Positions 12,540 to 25,099 of a stretch of 64,000 nucleotides of DNA are shown here, piece after piece. The first letter of the stretch is position 1. Each line of letters starts with the position of its first letter. The position numbers were made by a program, and so were the translations under genes. Below the pieces are notes generated by a model that saw only the letters and a program-made list of their open reading frames with translations, had not been told where the DNA came from and ran no database searches. Source of the stretch: Selaginella moellendorffii (lineage: Eukaryota > Plantae > Lycopodiophyta); contig NW_003314266.1 in NCBI RefSeq assembly GCF_000143415.4, positions 3,418,398-3,482,397 on the forward strand, in the 5' to 3' direction.

Positions 12540-13200
12540 GTGTGATCGCTGCAAGCTTGCGAGAGGATGGAGGCAAAGAACGCCGTGTGCTGGCATGGGT
12601 CATCACAGCCTACGCTCACCATGGGATTCTCTCGAAAGTGAGAGCTCACGACGTGGTCTCCTGGGCGGCCTTGATCGTGGCCTACACTCAGCACAGGAGG
12701 AACCGAGAAGCTCTCGAGCAGCCGGACAAGGTGACTCTTAGCAGCGTTCTGACTCATCAACAAGCTTGTGCTGGATCCATCTCTCGTCATGCCGACTTTC
12801 CCAAACTTGCCGTACATGGTCGCAGAGGCCACGGACACATTGGCTTCAAGGTGAGAGCCTCGAATGCGCCTCTTTCCCACCTCTCGAAAAGCTCCAGCGC
12901 TCGGCCCTCGCAACGTCCAGCCTGCACGTACATGCTCACAAGCGCGTTCTCCGGCCTTCTTCCAGATCCCTCAAGCTGGAGCAAGCGCCAAGGACGCTGG
13001 AGAGAGTAGCGATGTCGGGCTTGATCCCCGCCGAGTCCATGCTCCTAAACATCTCGATCGCCTTGCAGCCAACGCCAACCAGGTCTTCCACGCCCTCCCG
13101 CGAAGAAGCCTCTTCTCCTGGAACTTCATCATCGCGGCATTCGCCAAGAACAGGCACGTCGACGCTGAGGAGGTGATTGCCGAGGAATCCATCACTGGCG
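12540..13200. pseudogene. Mosaic of PPR (PLS-class) gene fragments in both orientations
   Basis: Plus strand: DVVSWAALIVAY, PDKVTLSSVL, FSWNFIIAAFAKN. Minus strand: NALVSMY, GIKPDIATLSSVLGACSSLRDLEEGR. Confidence 0.75.
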
Positions 13201-16200
13201 ACAATGTGGGCGTGGATTCACCGCCCCTGCGGTAGGTCTGCCGCATTAGGAGCGCGGCGTAGGTCTGGCGCACCTGGAAGGGCGACTGGAATTGCAAGTT
13301 CGTCGTCGAGGGTTTATAGTGGATATGCTAGAAATATGCTAGTGAAAGCCTTTTATACGTCTTTGATTTGATTTTTTGTATCTTTTGGTACACTGTAAGA
13401 ATTCATTGGGATGATCAATCACACAGGAACCAGCCAGCCGCATCCTTCTCCCACTCTCCAATGCATCTAGAATGAAAATCACCAAAGCTTTTGGCTATGG
13501 CTCATCTTCTTGATTTTGGGCATTCCTTGACTAATTTTGTTTAGTCATATTAATGCAACCGAATTGAGGAATCACAACCATTACATTAAGGAATATCGTA
13601 CTTGGATATTCTAAATATATAGCTTCAAATGCTGAAACTATTGGAACGTACACGGAAGGGCATGTTGAATGTTGAATATTGAATGTTGAAATGTTGAATG
13701 TTTTCACGGGCTTTTACGTGTTTTCCATGCTTCCATCGCAAGGATAGTTCAATCCCGAACCTCTCAAACGTAAACCTTACATGCATATCGTATGGGGCCC
13801 GTCATCTTTACAGGGTCGGCCCGAAGCTAAAACTTTCAGTATATAAGCTCACTCGTGCAAGTGCGAAGCAATCATCCATGGCGAGCAACATGATAGCTTT
13901 GATCTTGATCTTGCTGGTGGTGGTAGGGGCAGCACCGTTTGCGATTGCGCGGCCAGCGGCTCTGGAAGGCGATCGCGCTCTAGAGATCAAGAACATGTTC
14001 GAGGATTGGGCTGCCAAGCACGACAAGAGTTACAGCAGCGACTGGGAGAAGGCTCGCAGGCTGATGGTCTTCTCCGACACTTTGGCGTACATCGAGAAGC
14101 ACAACGCGCAGCCCAACACCACCTTCACGCTCGGCCTCAACAAGTTCTCGGATCTCACAAATGCCGAGTTCCGAGCCAATTACGTCGGCAAATTCAAGCC
14201 CCCGCGCTACCAGGATCGCCGCCCGGCCAAGGACGTGGACGTGGACGTGTCGAGCCTCCCGACGAGCTTGGATTGGAGGCAGGAGGGAGCTGTGACACCG
14301 ATTAAAGATCAGGGCCAGTGCGGTATGATAAGAACTCGTCGTTTTTTTTTCTTTTTCTTTCTAATCTCTCTTCTATTTGGCCTTTGTGGGTGTGGGTGAT
14401 TCGCATGATCCACAGGGAGCTGCTGGGCTTTCTCGGCGATTGCATCGATCGAGAGTGCACACTTTCTGGCGACGAAGGAGCTCGTTTCTCTGTCCGAGCA
14501 GCAATTGATAGACTGTGACACGGTAGACCAAGGATGCCAGGGTGGGTTTCCGGACGATGCGTTTAAGTTCGTGGTGGAAAACGGTGGTGTCACCACGGAG
14601 GAGGCCTATCCATATACAGGATTTGCAGGCAGTTGCAACACGAACAAGGTTGGTATACTTCACTAATTATTTCATATTATAGCTGTTTTTTGTTCTTTAA
14701 AGAATAAGGTGGTGGAGATCACTGGTTATAAAGACGTCACAAAGGACAGTGCTGACGCCCTGATGAAAGCAGTCTCCAAAACTCCCGTGACCGTTGGCAT
14801 CTGCGGCAGTGACCAAAACTTCCAGAATTACAGAAGTGTAAGAAAATCTCAAATATTATTTCTATTTATTTCTAACTTAATTACATCGTTTTCCAGGGAA
14901 TTCTTTCTGGTCAGTGCTGCAATTCGCGGGATCATGCGGTCTTGGTCATTGGATATGGAACCGAAGGTGGGATGCCCTACTGGATCATCAAAAACTCGTG
15001 GGGAACTTCCTGGGGGGAGGATGGATTCATGAAAATCAAGAAAAAGGATGGAGAAGGGATGTGTGGGATGAACGGACAGTCATCATACCCCACTACTTCG
15101 TAAAATAACCACTTTATAATCCAAACTTTATATTAATATATCAATTATACACTGCCATGAAATTTGCTCTTTTGACTATGCTATGCAGTAGATCCAGAGC
15201 TAGGTATGGCCACAGCATCACGATCTAGGGAGAGCTGCAGGCTTGCAGCAGCAAACAGTCATGATTGAGAGTTAGGTACTATGTGATCCAGAGCTAGGTG
15301 GAGCGGATACACCTACAGGCAAACTAAAGTACAAGTATCTTTTTATCACTATATATTGGTCATTACATTCATGTGGACTTACGCATATAAAAACCTAAAG
15401 AAATTTAAAATATGAGAGAGCTGAAGAATTGCCAAAACACTTCAAAGTTTTCTAAATGGAATTTGAAGAAAACATTTTAGGGGGGTGTGATATGTATTTG
15501 AGAAGAAAATCACAAATATATTACAAGATTCTTCAATAAGTAGTTCAAAAGTTTAATTGCAGTATGTTATTTTAGAACTTGTTTTGAAATATTCTGTTTA
15601 TTAAATAGTTTACTGATGCACTCATGCTTGGTTTGCTTAACAAGAGTGCTTACTGTTTAATAGTCTAACTGTAAATTTTAAATACAAGATTAATCTTATT
15701 ATTTATCAACCATTAGATGTTAAAATAAATGAAACATAGTAATGTTTATAAATTATAAACATATTTATAAATTATAAATTCAATATTAATCTAAATGAAT
15801 AAATTAATTTGAAAATATAATAAAATACACTTGAAAGTTCTGTAGCAAAGTCAGGCTTATGAGATCCAAATATACAGCTAGAATACAATATCTGTATAGT
15901 GGGACTTTGATAGCTGTTTGATTCACTTTAATTAGAATCACTCACTCTTATATATAAGTTACGAATTTTGGGTTAATATTATTTATTTATATATATATAA
16001 GTATATATATATTCCATGCACTCATATTGGTGGAGTTGAAAGGCAACTTTAATTATCTTTGCCAAAGTAATAGCCTCCTCATTTTTTGACTATAAAGTAG
16101 CAAATGCTTAATGACATGATTTCTATTAAACAATCAGACACAATTGATGGGAGTATTTATTATATGGCTCTTCTTACTTTTGTTCCTAATCCTCACATTA

Positions 16201-18452
16201 GGCTAAAGTTCTTCTATGAAAATCCTTGGTATGATATATATTATTAGTTTGATCACTTTACAATGATTGCTATTTATTATTCTTGGGATGATGTATAGTG
16301 TTTATGTGAGTTTCCCACATATCTTTAGTGGACAACATTGCAGTGGTACAATAATTTGTAAGTAACCACTAATGCAAATAAAATTTTTTTTCTAGACATC
16401 TGTAAGTACACATTTTGGACACTCATTTGGCTTCTGTTTTGGCCACTATTATATGGCACCTTTTTGGCTCCACTTTAAGGTTTAGGGATTTGTGTCTTAT
16501 AACTCCACCACCCATACACGAAGTTTGATGTCTTCATTAAACGATAAACTATTTTATAAAGTCGCACCAGTATATATTACTATTTCTATCCTTAGCACCA
16601 AGCCAATGTTCGTTAATGGCTTGACACCGAATGCTCATTATGCCTTTCCTATCCTCTAACAAGTATAATATCTCCAACTTAGAGATTCATTAGGCCACTT
16701 ATAGTAGTCCTTCCCCTTTCCTTTGTTTAGTTTATGCTAAACTCGTTAGAGACACCTTCTTTATTTCAATTTGAGTACTCATGTTAATGATTCTAATAAT
16801 GCTTTTTAGCAACTCCATCTTCTCTATCTAAGGCTGTTTGAGTCAATTATGCAATTTAGTATTTGCTTTCAAAGCTTTTAACTTTGTATGAAACAAATAT
16901 GTTAGAGTGGATTAAGTTGGGAATGTTGTGGTTAATGCTTTGTCAAGATTTCATGAGATTTGTGTATAAACTTGCCCCAACCACCTTTGATAATACTTTT
17001 CAATTGACATAATATATTATGAGATATCACCTCTTTTATTTATCACTACACATACGTCATCTCTACTTCATGTGGGAGATGATCTTATTCCAATGAAGGT
17101 TGACATTACTTTTGCCTGTGTTCAAGGACAAGTGTAAAGACGTGATTGTGTCCATGGTCGTGATGTTCACTACTAAACATATGATGAAATTAGCCATAAG
17201 TATTAGTGTTGTTAGCATTTTTTAGATTGGCATCCTCTATTTTCTAGGTGGAAGTTTAGCGTAAACAATGTTCTGTTGGCACTATTACAATAACATATAG
17301 ACTCTTCTAGAATGCATGTGTAATGGAGGGTCCTTGTGCGATTAAATAAATGACTACTTTATCTTTTTAAAATAAAAGGTTCTATATTATCCTCTCCATA
17401 TTAGTTGATATATGCTTGAATTTATTTTCTATCATTAAGCATGTTGTTGTCTATAATTATATCATGCACTTGAGTTAGTCTTTTTTTTCTATGGCAACAG
17501 CTATACACATGCACATGCACAGGATGAGGCAAACCTAGTTGTGCATATGTTTGAGTTTTAATCATCGCAAGTGGTGTTGAATCAATTTTTTGACATCATC
17601 TTGGTATAGATTAATTGTAACACAATCATACCATTCCTCTCACTTCTATTCTATTTCATCCCTTTACTTTTACATTTGCTTTTATGACTTTTGTGTTTTT
17701 ATTTGTTTCTATTATGTTCTATTTTTGCTATTTTATTCCCTTTTCAAATCCCTTAGATAGTGACAATTTTTGTGTTATAGCAATTGACTGGTTCAAGAAA
17801 GAGTATGTTGATTTATTTGATTTTGACTTGTCATCTATAGCCAAGATTGCAATACATAATCTTACTCCAACTAGGGATGCTTGTCCAATTAAAATTTTTA
17901 TCTAGTGTCTTTCATTAAAGAAAATCAAAAATTATATACACAAATGTCAAGAAGATGTTGGAGAAATGTGTTATCTAAAAGTCTCAAAGTCTTTAGGTAT
18001 ATAAATCTCATTTTGAAATGAAGCATAATGGGAGTATTTTGTTTTAAAGTTCCCTATTATGATAGGTTATCTAAAATTCTTTACTCTAAAATATGTGAAT
18101 GATATATAGTATTTCCTAGGCAATGTGCAATATTTCAGTCATTTTGTTGATCAATTTTCTAATTATATTGCACTATTGTGAGCATTGCTAAAGTCATCAA
18201 CATCATCTTTTATCTAGCTTTGAACTATGAATGGGTATTTGCATATCTCAAAAAGTTATTGATGACTTTTGCATGAAGTTTGGCACTATTTTAGTATATC
18301 AATTGGCTACTGCAAGGATATAAGTATGCTAATTAGTATTTAGATTTAGCTTAAACCCAAGTTAGATGCAAAACAAAGATAAATATGCAAGCATGAGCTA
18401 AATTATACCTTAGGTTGATCAACCATGCGTAACATACTTATTATCCCTACTA
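13023..18452 (+). repeat. Segmental duplication A, copy 2
   Basis: Matches 4867-10290. Confidence 0.95.
13878..15103 (+). CDS. Papain-family (C1A) cysteine protease, second copy, 4 exons
   Basis: ORF translations identical to 5716-6941. Confidence 0.93.
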
Positions 18453-21198
18453 TATATTTGGAAACCCCCCGTCCCCCCCCACCCCTCCCCTATTTCGCAG
18501 ATATACATGTCTTATAGATCTAAACACTTTCCATAAATACCTAATGAGACCAAATAGAACTAAGATATGGGCTATAATAGCAAAGGTGTTTAATGGATAT
18601 GGTAAATTTTCATTTAACAATATTGAAGGATTAAAACTCAATATATAAGGGTTTTTGTCACTATTCAATGCAAGATATAATGAGATGGGAAGTCTTTATT
18701 GGGTTAAATATGCTCCACTAGCATAAGAGGGATTAATAAAGGGTTTAGTAATACATAAGAGGGACTAATAAAGGGTCTAGCAATATCGATTTTTTACTAT
18801 TGTAATAGTATCTAAAAGGATTTGCTAACAAGTAACTTTTGATACCTATAATTATATTCACGACATTCTTCCCCCTCTTAAGGAATATTTATATTCTCAT
18901 CGATGTATACTTTAGTCTAGACCACCACCAAAGAAACAACTTCAGAAAAAGTTTATGGTGTGAGAATGCACTAACTTAAATGAGTTATAGGGCACCTTCT
19001 TTATCTAAGCTTATTAAAGATAATATGCTTTTACTTATAAGTGACATAAAGAGAGAAGATAGAGGCCCCAACCTTCATGAGCAAACAAACCAAAACCATC
19101 AATAAAGTTTAGGTAGACTACTATAAATAAGCAATTAGAGTTATTTACATAGTCACACTTTTTTTAACAAAATAAAGAACATTGAGACAGAGGTGGATGA
19201 TGTGACTAATTGACAATACTTACCCTATGATTAAAAATTTTATTATATAAATGAAGTGTCAAAATTAGTATTGTCCCAAACCCAAAGATCAATAGATGGA
19301 CAATATCAAAGTCATAGACAAAGATATCTTAGAAATAATGAATTATTGGTGAATTTATTTTATATTAAAACACAAAAGCATTCCAATTAAGCTATCTAAT
19401 AAACTAGTATTATAGGAACCACCAAGATCATGATAGTGCAAAGTCATAAGATTAATTATCCAACAAAATTCAATAGGAAGTATACCATTGAGTTTTCTTA
19501 ATGATATACTTACTATTGAATTTTGTTGAAAACTCAATAGTAAAACTAAACTACTAAAGATTGCAGATAGCATGCTAAGAAAATTATGAAAGGCAACTCA
19601 AAGAATATAAAGTATCATTGATAAACAAGTAAAATGTTTATAAATATATCATCTAAAAGAAATAACATTCCAATCTATTGAAACCAACTTTAATAATAAT
19701 CAATAAAACAAAATAAATATTACAATGGTCAACAAACACTCAATTATACTAACTATCACATTAACTAATTTGAATAGATCCCAGTCAACAACATTAAGGA
19801 ATTAGAGTTGTTGAAGAAAGCTTCAGTAACATTCTACTGAATATCTTAAACTCAAGAGACAAATTTAGAGTAAACCATAAAGAGCATGTGATAATACAAA
19901 AAGCTAAAAAGCCACAAAAAATAATAATAAGCCATCACTAAAGATCATCAATTATCCCATTAATAGATGATACAAAATCACTGTTAAATAACAACTCATC
20001 ATCTTGAAGAATGACAAATTGTCAAACATCAACAATAATTAAATAAAACCTCAAACAAAGATAATCAACTATCCTAAATGTCAGTCAATTATCATCAATG
20101 ATTTCCATATGCAAATACCAACTTGAATATTGGAACTAATAAGTGAAAATGACTTCCCCGACAATTCCTAATAAATGGAACAATAAGCTCGAAGAAGCAT
20201 ATAGGCAAATTTCATCTAACAATGATCATAAGTCTCATATGAACTAACTTTAATGCTAAAGAAAACATCAGGATATAACCCACAATATCCTCCTCAAAAC
20301 ATCCATAAGTGAAACTTTATTGTAGCGCACATGCACTACTTAGATTATCATTTTTATCTCTACGTATGTAACGAGGCTAATTGTCCAATCGCATTGGATA
20401 ATACTTGTTGAGATGTATCCTCTGACACTAAATGTAACACACGTGATTTTCACCCTTTATCCTATTGTGATTTACCATAGGAATCATGAAGCAGAACCTA
20501 AACCCTCTATGTGCCATGTGTCACATACCATGTGCCACATGCCATATGTCCAATAATAGTCAGAAACCAAGTTTTAGTGCCTTAGGCCACTAAATGGATG
20601 GAGAAAATTCCTAAGCATAGAGCCAAGGAGTAAAGGAAGCGAAGCATAGAATGACTCTTAAGCATACAACCCAAGGAACAAAAGAACAAAAGTATGGAGC
20701 AATATAGAAATAACCCTAGAGCATTCAACATCCCAATGTTAAGACCCACACGCAAAATAGAGTCAAACAGAGTTTAGCACTATTTTAGGAATGGAATTTG
20801 GGTATAGGTACTCCATGGAATGGAACTTGGGTTTAAACCCAAATCAAACACAAAATAAAGACAGGCATACAAGAGAAAGTTAGATTATGCCTTAAGTTAA
20901 TCAACCATGCCCAACCAACACACTATCCCTATTATACATTTAGAACACCCCCACCCCCCATCTTCCCTTGAGGAACACACATTTTTGGGCTTTCACCTTT
21001 AGCCACCCTTAATACTAAGAGTTAGTCTTTGGGACTAACTTCAAACTTATTAAATATAGAATAACATTACATTGCGAATTTGGAAGTAGAAACAATGATA
21101 TTGTGTGCAAAATAATCTCTACATTCCATATATATGCCCAACTAGTAAATCTAAACACTTTCCATAAATAGCTAATAAGACTCAACACAAGAGGCATG

Positions 21199-23021
21199 TG
21201 TAAGTGACTAAATTTTTCCATTCTACTTTAGTCACTTAGCCACACTTTCAACCACTTGAGGAATCTCACTCACCACCTCCATAAGTCCTATTTCAAAATT
21301 GGGCTTGCTAGCCCCAAGAATAGCATCCCCGCCACTCAACCTTTACACTTGGTCCAAGTGCTCTACATGTCCAATTCCATGACCGACACCCAAGGTACCA
21401 CCGACATATCTGCCCATTACGCTAAGGCCATGCCCCTTCACTTTGGTCACACCAGTGGTCTAACACCACCTATAGCACAGTCCCGTCTCTCAAAGACTGG
21501 ACCATCCATCCATGAGTGATCATCCCAGATCCACTCCTTAGCATCTTTAGGATGCCCATAGACATGAGGGATAACTTTCCCCAATATCCCTTTTCCGGTC
21601 CCCAACAGGTCCCTCTCTGCCCATGGTCGTGTTCGCCAACACTGCCACAGGATCAAGGCCTACAAGCCTAACCACTAAGTTCCATGGTCTTCTAGGACTT
21701 CCTCCTCACATGACCATATCCTTGGTCTCTACACTATAGGACGGCTCCTTTTCCTTTTCACAATCTGGGACCTTGGGGCCTTTCATTTTGGAACATTGTG
21801 GCTTTATACGAGCCTCGTGGGTACTCTTTTCACCTTCCGCCTTTGGGTGCTCTAGCCATGGGCTTAGAGTGAGGTTCTATTGAGCTACACCAAGTATCCA
21901 AGTAAGTAGTGCCACCCACACTTGGACTGGGAGCATCGGACAGTCGATCTCCCGAGGGAACTAAAGCCGACTCTTGAACACTTCACCAAGCTACCCCACT
22001 TGTCGGTCCGTGTTCACTCTAGTCTTGGTCTTCCCAATGGGCAGCTCATCACCCAACACTGGGCACAGCCTAGCAGCTCATCACCCAACTGGCCTTTCCT
22101 GGCCAAACTGGCTCCACTGCAATCCTCCCCCTATTATACTTTTGGAGCTCACCAAACCCCCTAGGGTCTGGGAGACGAACGCTTTGGGCTTTCACCCTCT
22201 CAAACTCGAACTCGGACTCGGACTCAGACTCAGACTCAGACTCGGACTCAGACTCGGACTCGGGCTCGGGCTTGGTCTCGGCCTTGGCCTCGGTCTTGGT
22301 CTCAGTCCTAATCTCGGTCTCGGTCTCGGTCTCGGTTTCGGTCTCGGTCCCGGTCCCGGTCTCGGTCTCAGTCCCGGTCTCGGTCTCGACCTCGGACTCC
22401 ATCTTGGGTCCTTCTCGGACTCCATCTTGGGTCCTTCTCGGACTCCATCTTGGATTCCATCTCGGGTCCATCTCGGACTCCATCTTGGACTCCGTCTTAG
22501 TCCATCTCGGACTCCATCTTGGACTTCATCTCAAGTCCATTTCGGACTTCATCTCGAACTCCATTTTGGACTCCATCTTAGACTCCATCTCGAACTCCAT
22601 GTCGGACTCCGTCTCGGTCCATCTTAGACTCCATCTCGGACTCCGTCTCGGTCCATCTCAAACTCCATCTTGGGTCCATCTCGGACTCCATCTCGGATTC
22701 CGTCTCGGATTTCATCTCGGACTCCGTCTCGGTCCATCTTGGACTCCATCTCAGACTCCGTCTCGGTCCATCTCGGACTCCATCTCGGACTCTTCCACGT
22801 GTCATGTGTTGGTCCTTTTGGGTCCCTTTTTAGAGCCTCGCTTATTGCTCGCTTCGTGCTCATTCATCAAACACTTTGTTAAGAGTTCCACTCCCGCTCT
22901 CGATCTTTCAAATCGGAGCTTTTGGCCTAAACATGTTACACTCGTTTGGCTTTTGCTTCGGCCACTACCACATAGCACCCTTCCAGCTCCACTTTGGGGC
23001 CTAGGGATTTTGTGTCTCACA
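21199..23021. mobile_element. Solo LTR (1823 bp) with 5-bp TSD
   Basis: Termini tgtaag...ctcaca. gcatg at both 21194-21198 and 23022-23026. The host sequence is colinear with ~18520-18650 across the insert. Confidence 0.8.
22200..22792. repeat. Compound micro/minisatellite (ctcgga/ctcggt 6-mers, then ggactccatctc 12-mer derivatives)
   Basis: Directly visible. It generates dipeptide-repeat ORFs in all frames. Confidence 0.95.
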
Positions 23022-25099
23022 GCATGATAATGAGTGTCTTAGTGAACATGGTAAACTATTATATAGTGAATATTGAGGGACCAAACTCAATATCCCAAGA
23101 ATTCCCAACACTAGTAAGTGCAAGTCAATATATATGTTTTTCATACTAGGCTGAATATGCTTAACAAGAAACATATAGGAGTTCCTACCTTATGTTTATC
23201 TGACATATGTATATATATGATGACCAATTTCTCAACTAGCTTAGGTGGAAATTAATAAAGGGTCTAACAATACTGACCTTCTACCATTATAGCAATAAGG
23301 AAAAAGTATCCTAAAGGACTAGCCAATAAATAATTTTTCATACCCACAGTCATATTCACGACATTCTCCCCCCCCTAGAGAAGATTGATGTCCTTATTAA
23401 TGCATACTGTAGTCTAAACCACTACCAAAAAAACAACTCTAGACAAAGTTTATAGTGTTTACACCTTTGTAAGAAATGCATGAATTTAAATGAGTTAAGA
23501 AGCAACCTCTCACTCTAACACAAATGTGCTATAACTCAGATATTTTCCAGTTGTCACCGACAAGGAAATGACCAACGAAGTTAACCACCTTTACTATTTT
23601 GGATATCATCCAACTTACAAAAGTTTATATACCTCTTTTGCCCATAAGTGACAAAGAGAGAAGCCAGAAGCTCTAACCTTTTTAAGCAAAGAAACTAAAC
23701 CCATTGGTAGATTTTAGATAAACTATTGTAAATAGGCAATTAAAGTTGTTTACATGGGCACACCTTTTTTAACAAAATAAGGAATATCGAGAGAGAGGTG
23801 GGTGATGTGATCAATCAATAGTATGACTAAAAATTTCACTATACACATGAAATGTTGAAGCTAGTCTATTTATACTGGCCCAAACCCAAAGATCAAGAGA
23901 TGGACAATATCAAAGTCAAAGATAAAGATATCTTAGAGACCTAATTATTAGTAAATAAATATTATATTAGAATATAAAAATATTCCAAGTAAGTTATCAT
24001 CTGATAAACCAGTACTAAAGTACAGGAACCACCAACATCATCATAATTGGAAAACATAGAACTCACTATCTAACAAAATTCAATAACAAGTGGACTATCA
24101 AGAAAATTCAATGATAAAATTTAACTATCAAAGTTTGCAAACAACATACCAAACAACTTATAAAATACAACTAAAAGAATTATCAAAATTAACTCAAACA
24201 ACAATCAATAAAATGGAATGAATGTTGCAAAGCAAACAAACATTAATTCATGCTAACCATCACACCAGCTAATTTGAATAGATCTCAGTCAACTATACTA
24301 AGAAACTCAAGTTTCTTAAGTAAATGTTAGCAACATCGTATTGATGTCTCAAACCCAAGAAACCAAACTAAAACAAACCATAAATAACATGTGGTAATGC
24401 AAAATGTTATAAGCCATCAAATAAAATAATTAACTGTCATGAAAGACCATCAATTATTTTATCAATAAAGAGATGCATAATCATTGTTTAAGAAAGAATC
24501 CACCATCCTAAAGAATGACAAATCATTCTATATTAACAATAATCAAACAAAACCTTTGATAAAGACAATCAATTATTTTAGATGATAGTTAATCATCAGT
24601 AATGATGTAATTTAACACTATAGATTAAACACAACCAAATAATATTGACTAAGATAGAATCGACATGCCAACATAGAAAAACTATACAAACCTACGATAT
24701 GATCCTTTACAACACCATCCGGTAAATAAGCAAATCACTGATAAATCTTCATCAAGCAAAGGAAGTGTCAAAAGTCCTCAACAAAGTTTATAAGTAATCA
24801 CTAATCGTAAAGCAACTAACAATTACTCTTCAATTTGCCTTTATAAAGACCAAACACTAAACTCATGTTATTAAGTTATATATTTACCCAATAAGAAGGT
24901 AACACAGGTACAAGGATAAGCATAAACTAAATGACCACTTGAATAATTTAATTGCAATAAACTCACTAATATGTCTAGCCAACAGCTTTAAGAGGCTAGC
25001 TATGCATAATCTACACTCAACTGAACTAAAATGAAAACCATGAGATGAACTCATATTGGTATACAACCTTTTAATAGATAAAGCTATAATACAGGTACT

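Larger units (their letters stand above)
18330..24800 (-). mobile_element. Two diverged degenerate LTR-element 3' regions
   Basis: An LTR end plus reverse PPT (atattcacgacattc...ccccc) occurs at ~18855 and ~23352, with colinear diverged sequence after each. Confidence 0.5.

Noticed and set aside
22390-22792. CRISPR-like appearance of regularly recurring repeats
   Set aside because: No unique spacers, no cas genes, and a eukaryotic LTR context.
21974-23027. Long ORFs with GL, SV, RP and ES/ET dipeptide repeats on both strands
   Set aside because: By-product of a stop-free 6/12-bp minisatellite inside a solo LTR.
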